Of a stretch of DNA of 64,000 nucleotides, positions 61,368 through 64,000 are shown in pieces (position 1 is the first letter of the stretch; each line of letters begins with the position of its first letter). Below the pieces are notes generated by a model. That model was given only the letters and a program-made list of their open reading frames with translations, had not been told where the DNA came from and ran no database searches. The DNA is from Nitrospirota bacterium. Lineage in GTDB: Bacteria > Nitrospirota > Thermodesulfovibrionia > Thermodesulfovibrionales > Dissulfurispiraceae. The DNA lies in NCBI GenBank assembly GCA_040758355.1, contig JBFLWF010000007.1, positions 1-64,000 on the forward strand. Reading direction: 5' to 3'. A program made the position numbers and the translations under genes.

Positions 61368-62066
61368 ATGCCTTTAAGAAAATGGATAGACAGCGCAAAC
61401 AATGCCATAGAGGGAATACTGCATGCTGCAAAGACCCAGAGACATCTCAGGTACCATTTTTATTCAGCAGTTGCAGTCCTTGTTTTAAGCTATATCCTCG
61501 GCGTGGCGAGGACTGATTTCCTGATAATCTCCATTGCTGTTATTCTTGTACTGCTTGCAGAAATGATTAATACCGCTATCGAATATGTTGTGGATATGAT
61601 TTCACCCGAACACAGCGAAAAGGCAAGGGTTGCAAAGGATGTGGCTGCCGGAGCGGTTTTAATTACTGCATTCGGCGCCGCAGTCCTCGGATACATCATA
61701 CTGTTCCCATATTTCAGCAGGGTATTTGAGCAGGGTATCGATGTTGCAAAACATTCGAAGGAAGAGATCACGCTCATCACTGTTATCCTCGTCTTGATTC
61801 TTGTGGTGGTATTGAAGGCATACTCAGGCAAAGGGCATCCCCTGCGCGGCGGCATGCCAAGCGGTCATTCTGCGATTGCTTTTGCAGCATGGGTTGCAGT
61901 TACATATATCACAGGAAGTTTCATTGCCTCATTGCTTAGCTTTCTGTTGTCCGTTCTTATAGCCCAGAGCAGGGTAGCAGTAAAGGTTCATTCCCCTTCC
62001 GAAGTGATTGCAGGTGCAATATTAGGGGCAGGAATTACCCTTGTCTTGTTCATTATTTTTTATTGA
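61368..62066 (+). CDS. dgkA: Diacylglycerol/undecaprenol kinase fused to a PAP2 phosphatase
   Basis: EMINTAIE..D, AKDVAAGAVL; GGMPSGHS, SRV..H. Confidence 0.88.
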   Translation: MPLRKWIDSANNAIEGILHAAKTQRHLRYHFYSAVAVLVLSYILGVARTDFLIISIAVILVLLAEMINTAIEYVVDMISPEHSEKARVAKDVAAGAVLITAFGAAVLGYIILFPYFSRVFEQGIDVAKHSKEEITLITVILVLILVVVLKAYSGKGHPLRGGMPSGHSAIAFAAWVAVTYITGSFIASLLSFLLSVLIAQSRVAVKVHSPSEVIAGAILGAGITLVLFIIFY

Positions 62067-62091
62067 CAGTTAACATGTTTTGTGGTAATTT
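62063..62091 (+). promoter_or_regulatory. Sigma-70 promoter upstream of the riboswitch
   Basis: TTGACA-17 nt-TAATTT with TG extension. Confidence 0.55.
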
Positions 62092-62113
62092 TTTTATATA
62101 AAAAGGATGTGTC

Positions 62114-62198
62114 TCTCCCGATAAGGCCAAACCCTCTGCGAGGAGGGGGCGGAAAACAACGGGTCTTTTATAGAAGACGGCCGGGTTGCCGAAGGAGA
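62114..62198 (+). ncRNA. c-di-GMP-I (GEMM-I) riboswitch aptamer
   Basis: GGCCAAACCCTCT-GCGA-GGAGGGGGCGGAAA (P2), GGGTCTT..AAGAC.GCCGGGTTGCCGAA (P3), P1 TCTCC/GGAGA. Confidence 0.85.
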
Positions 62199-62226
62199 AT
62201 CTTCGGCAAGCTCGGCCTTTTTGTTT
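62179..62226 (+). terminator. Riboswitch-coupled intrinsic terminator
   Basis: GGCCGGGTTGCCGAAG / CTTCGGCAAGCTCGGCC followed by TTTTTGTTT. Confidence 0.8.
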
Positions 62227-62261
62227 ATGCTCCAAAGGGGATTGGCCTGAAGGAGGGAAAC

Positions 62262-62681
62262 ATGATGGTAAGGCAGTTAATGCAGAAGGATCTGGTTACA
62301 ATCCTGCCCACATCTTCTGTCCATGATGCGGCTACGAAGATGAAAGAGCATCATATCGGCTCGGTTCTCATAACGGATGAGGGCTGGAAACTGAAAGGGA
62401 TATTGACGGACAGGGATATAGCCATGGCAGTGGCTGCAGATGCCAGGGATCCGAAAACAACATGTGTTTGTGACATTATGACCCAGGATCCCATAACAAT
62501 AAATGCTGATGCCGATTTTGATTCTGCCATGAGGATAATGAATAAGGCTAAGATAAGGAGACTTCCGGTTACAGAAAACGGGAAGTTAATGGGGCTTATA
62601 TCCTCAGATGATATAGCTGCTGCCTTTAAGGAACAGTTTGACCAGTTTATAGGCCTTGAAATGGCCTATGCAAAACATTAA
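62262..62681 (+). CDS. CBS-domain pair protein
   Basis: ATG 62262 after AGGAGG; GILTDRDI, RRLPV..GLIS. Confidence 0.9.
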   Translation: MMVRQLMQKDLVTILPTSSVHDAATKMKEHHIGSVLITDEGWKLKGILTDRDIAMAVAADARDPKTTCVCDIMTQDPITINADADFDSAMRIMNKAKIRRLPVTENGKLMGLISSDDIAAAFKEQFDQFIGLEMAYAKH

Positions 62682-62792
62682 TAAATTTTAAAAAGGCCAA
62701 TCCCCTTTTCAAATTAGAAACTCTCGCATGCGGAGAAGTTCTGCAGTATCAACAACTTGAGGCAGGCAGACTAATACCGCAGGAGGTGTCTT

Positions 62793-63395
62793 ATGTTAAA
62801 AAACAGATTTAAAGGTTATGTAGTTGTGGAATACAAGTGGGTATTTTGGGCAAAGTTTATAGCATTATGTTTTTGTATTGCAGCCGGATATGTTGCGGTG
62901 TATGCACTAACGGACTTCTCCAAGCCGGCAAATGCCGTAGAAGACGAAGGTGTAGATGAAGCGAAACTTGTTGTTATGAATTGGATGAAGGCCAACTCAG
63001 AGATGCCTGAACAGGTGCTTTCAGCAATATATGACGAGGCTGTGAAGCATCCTCACACGGATTTGATACTGGCTATATGTGCGGTGGAATCAAATTTTAA
63101 TCCCAATGCAAAGAGCGGAAAGGGCGCCATCGGTCTTATGGGGATATTGCCTTCGGTCTGGCTGGATGATTTAAAGGAGAATGGAATAATCCGCAGCAAA
63201 AGGGATTTATACCTGATGTCGAAGAATATAACATCGGGTGTGCATATATTAAAGAAATATCTGTTGAGGTCTAATAATCTCACGAAGGCATTGGTGGATT
63301 ATGTAGGCGGCGACCCGAATTATGTCAACAAGGTCTTAAAGGCTATGGGAGAGATTTATCTGGCGAAGATGCTTAATAGTTCGGCCAGTTCATAG
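62793..63395 (+). CDS. Lytic transglycosylase (SLT domain)
   Basis: TM helix; AVESNFNPNAKS.KGAIGLMGI; NI..G..IL; YVNKV. Confidence 0.88.
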   Translation: MLKNRFKGYVVVEYKWVFWAKFIALCFCIAAGYVAVYALTDFSKPANAVEDEGVDEAKLVVMNWMKANSEMPEQVLSAIYDEAVKHPHTDLILAICAVESNFNPNAKSGKGAIGLMGILPSVWLDDLKENGIIRSKRDLYLMSKNITSGVHILKKYLLRSNNLTKALVDYVGGDPNYVNKVLKAMGEIYLAKMLNSSASS

Positions 63396-63999
63396 GAAGG
63401 AGGGGCTGGCTTTCCATAACATCTTCATATTCGGGTATTACTATTCCCCTTTTGACCATGATGTTATAAATGATTTTCGAGCGGTTCTCGACATATCTCG
63501 ATGTTCCAAGAGGATTGTATTTCCTCGGATTGGGAAGCACCGATGCGAGCCTTGCAGCCTCTTCGGGGCTTATGGCCGATGCATGTTTGCCGTAGTAATG
63601 GCGTGATGCAGCCTCGATGCCGAATATCCCCTCTCCCCATTCAGCTACATTAAGGTATAGTTCAAGGATTCTTCTTTTAGGCAGGTTTTTTTCTATGCGC
63701 CATGTGAGGATTGCTTCTTTGATTTTTCTTATGGGATTTTTTGAAGGCGATAAATACAGGTTTTTTGCAAGCTGCTGGCTTATAGTGCTTCCTCCGGCCT
63801 TGAACTTTCCTGCCTTGACATTTTTTTCTACAGCCTTTTCTATTGCCTCAAAATCAAACCCTTCATGATGCCAGAACTTATCGTCTTCTGCAATTAGCAC
63901 AGCCTTTACAAGATAAGGTGATATATGCGAAATAGAAACCCATACCTGCCTGGTTTTTATTTTCTTGCCTTTTTTCTTCCATTCCCTTTCGCGATACTC
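63373..63999 (-). CDS. mtgA: Monofunctional peptidoglycan transglycosylase (5' end beyond the window)
   Basis: AEDDKF..H.G, GGSTISQQLAKNL, RKIKE, ILELYLN, LPNP; frame is open to the window edge. Confidence 0.88.
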   Translation of the reverse strand, partial: EYREREWKKKGKKIKTRQVWVSISHISPYLVKAVLIAEDDKFWHHEGFDFEAIEKAVEKNVKAGKFKAGGSTISQQLAKNLYLSPSKNPIRKIKEAILTWRIEKNLPKRRILELYLNVAEWGEGIFGIEAASRHYYGKHASAISPEEAARLASVLPNPRKYNPLGTSRYVENRSKIIYNIMVKRGIVIPEYEDVMESQPLLPMNWPNY

Positions 64000-64000
64000 C

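Noticed and set aside
62082..62261. N-terminal extension of the CBS ORF
   Set aside because: It overlaps the promoter, riboswitch and terminator; the SD supports ATG 62262.
62717..62742. Small hairpin upstream of the transglycosylase as a second ncRNA
   Set aside because: Imperfect short stem with no recognisable motif.

Overview
Bacterial chromosomal window of moderate GC. Gene content and order suggest a Nitrospirota/Thermodesulfovibrionia-like anaerobe, which is an inference. Most genes are housekeeping and on the + strand: rsmB-rpe, aroE, lptCAB-rpoN-hpf-rapZ-iscS, atpF'FHAGDC, archease-rtcB-mqnA, yajC-secDF-recJ-panB-nnr, pgeF-tsaE-nadK, udg-hit-gmhA-ruvCAB-queH-queA and phoH-HD-ybeY. 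Two things stand out. (1) The backbone is pervasively invaded by many families of 7-9 nt tandem repeats and short palindromes. About 25 tracts sit in frame inside roughly 18 core genes, and others form inverted pairs between genes. A GxxExxY PD-(D/E)XK-type nuclease gene is bracketed by exactly this inverted-tandem architecture and is a candidate driver. (2) A repeat-free 8 kb island (32.3-40.3 kb) has a divergent FabH-like ketosynthase plus ThDP enzyme pair sitting inside a TonB receptor / periplasmic binding protein / hybrid histidine kinase module, a candidate undescribed make-and-sense signalling circuit. Also present: a c-di-GMP-I (GEMM) ON-type riboswitch, a 212 bp highly structured element, a Ku/ligase NHEJ pair, a phoH lacking a canonical start codon, and many apparently leaderless genes. 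No rRNA, tRNA or CRISPR array was seen. All calls come from reading the sequence by eye; no searches were run.
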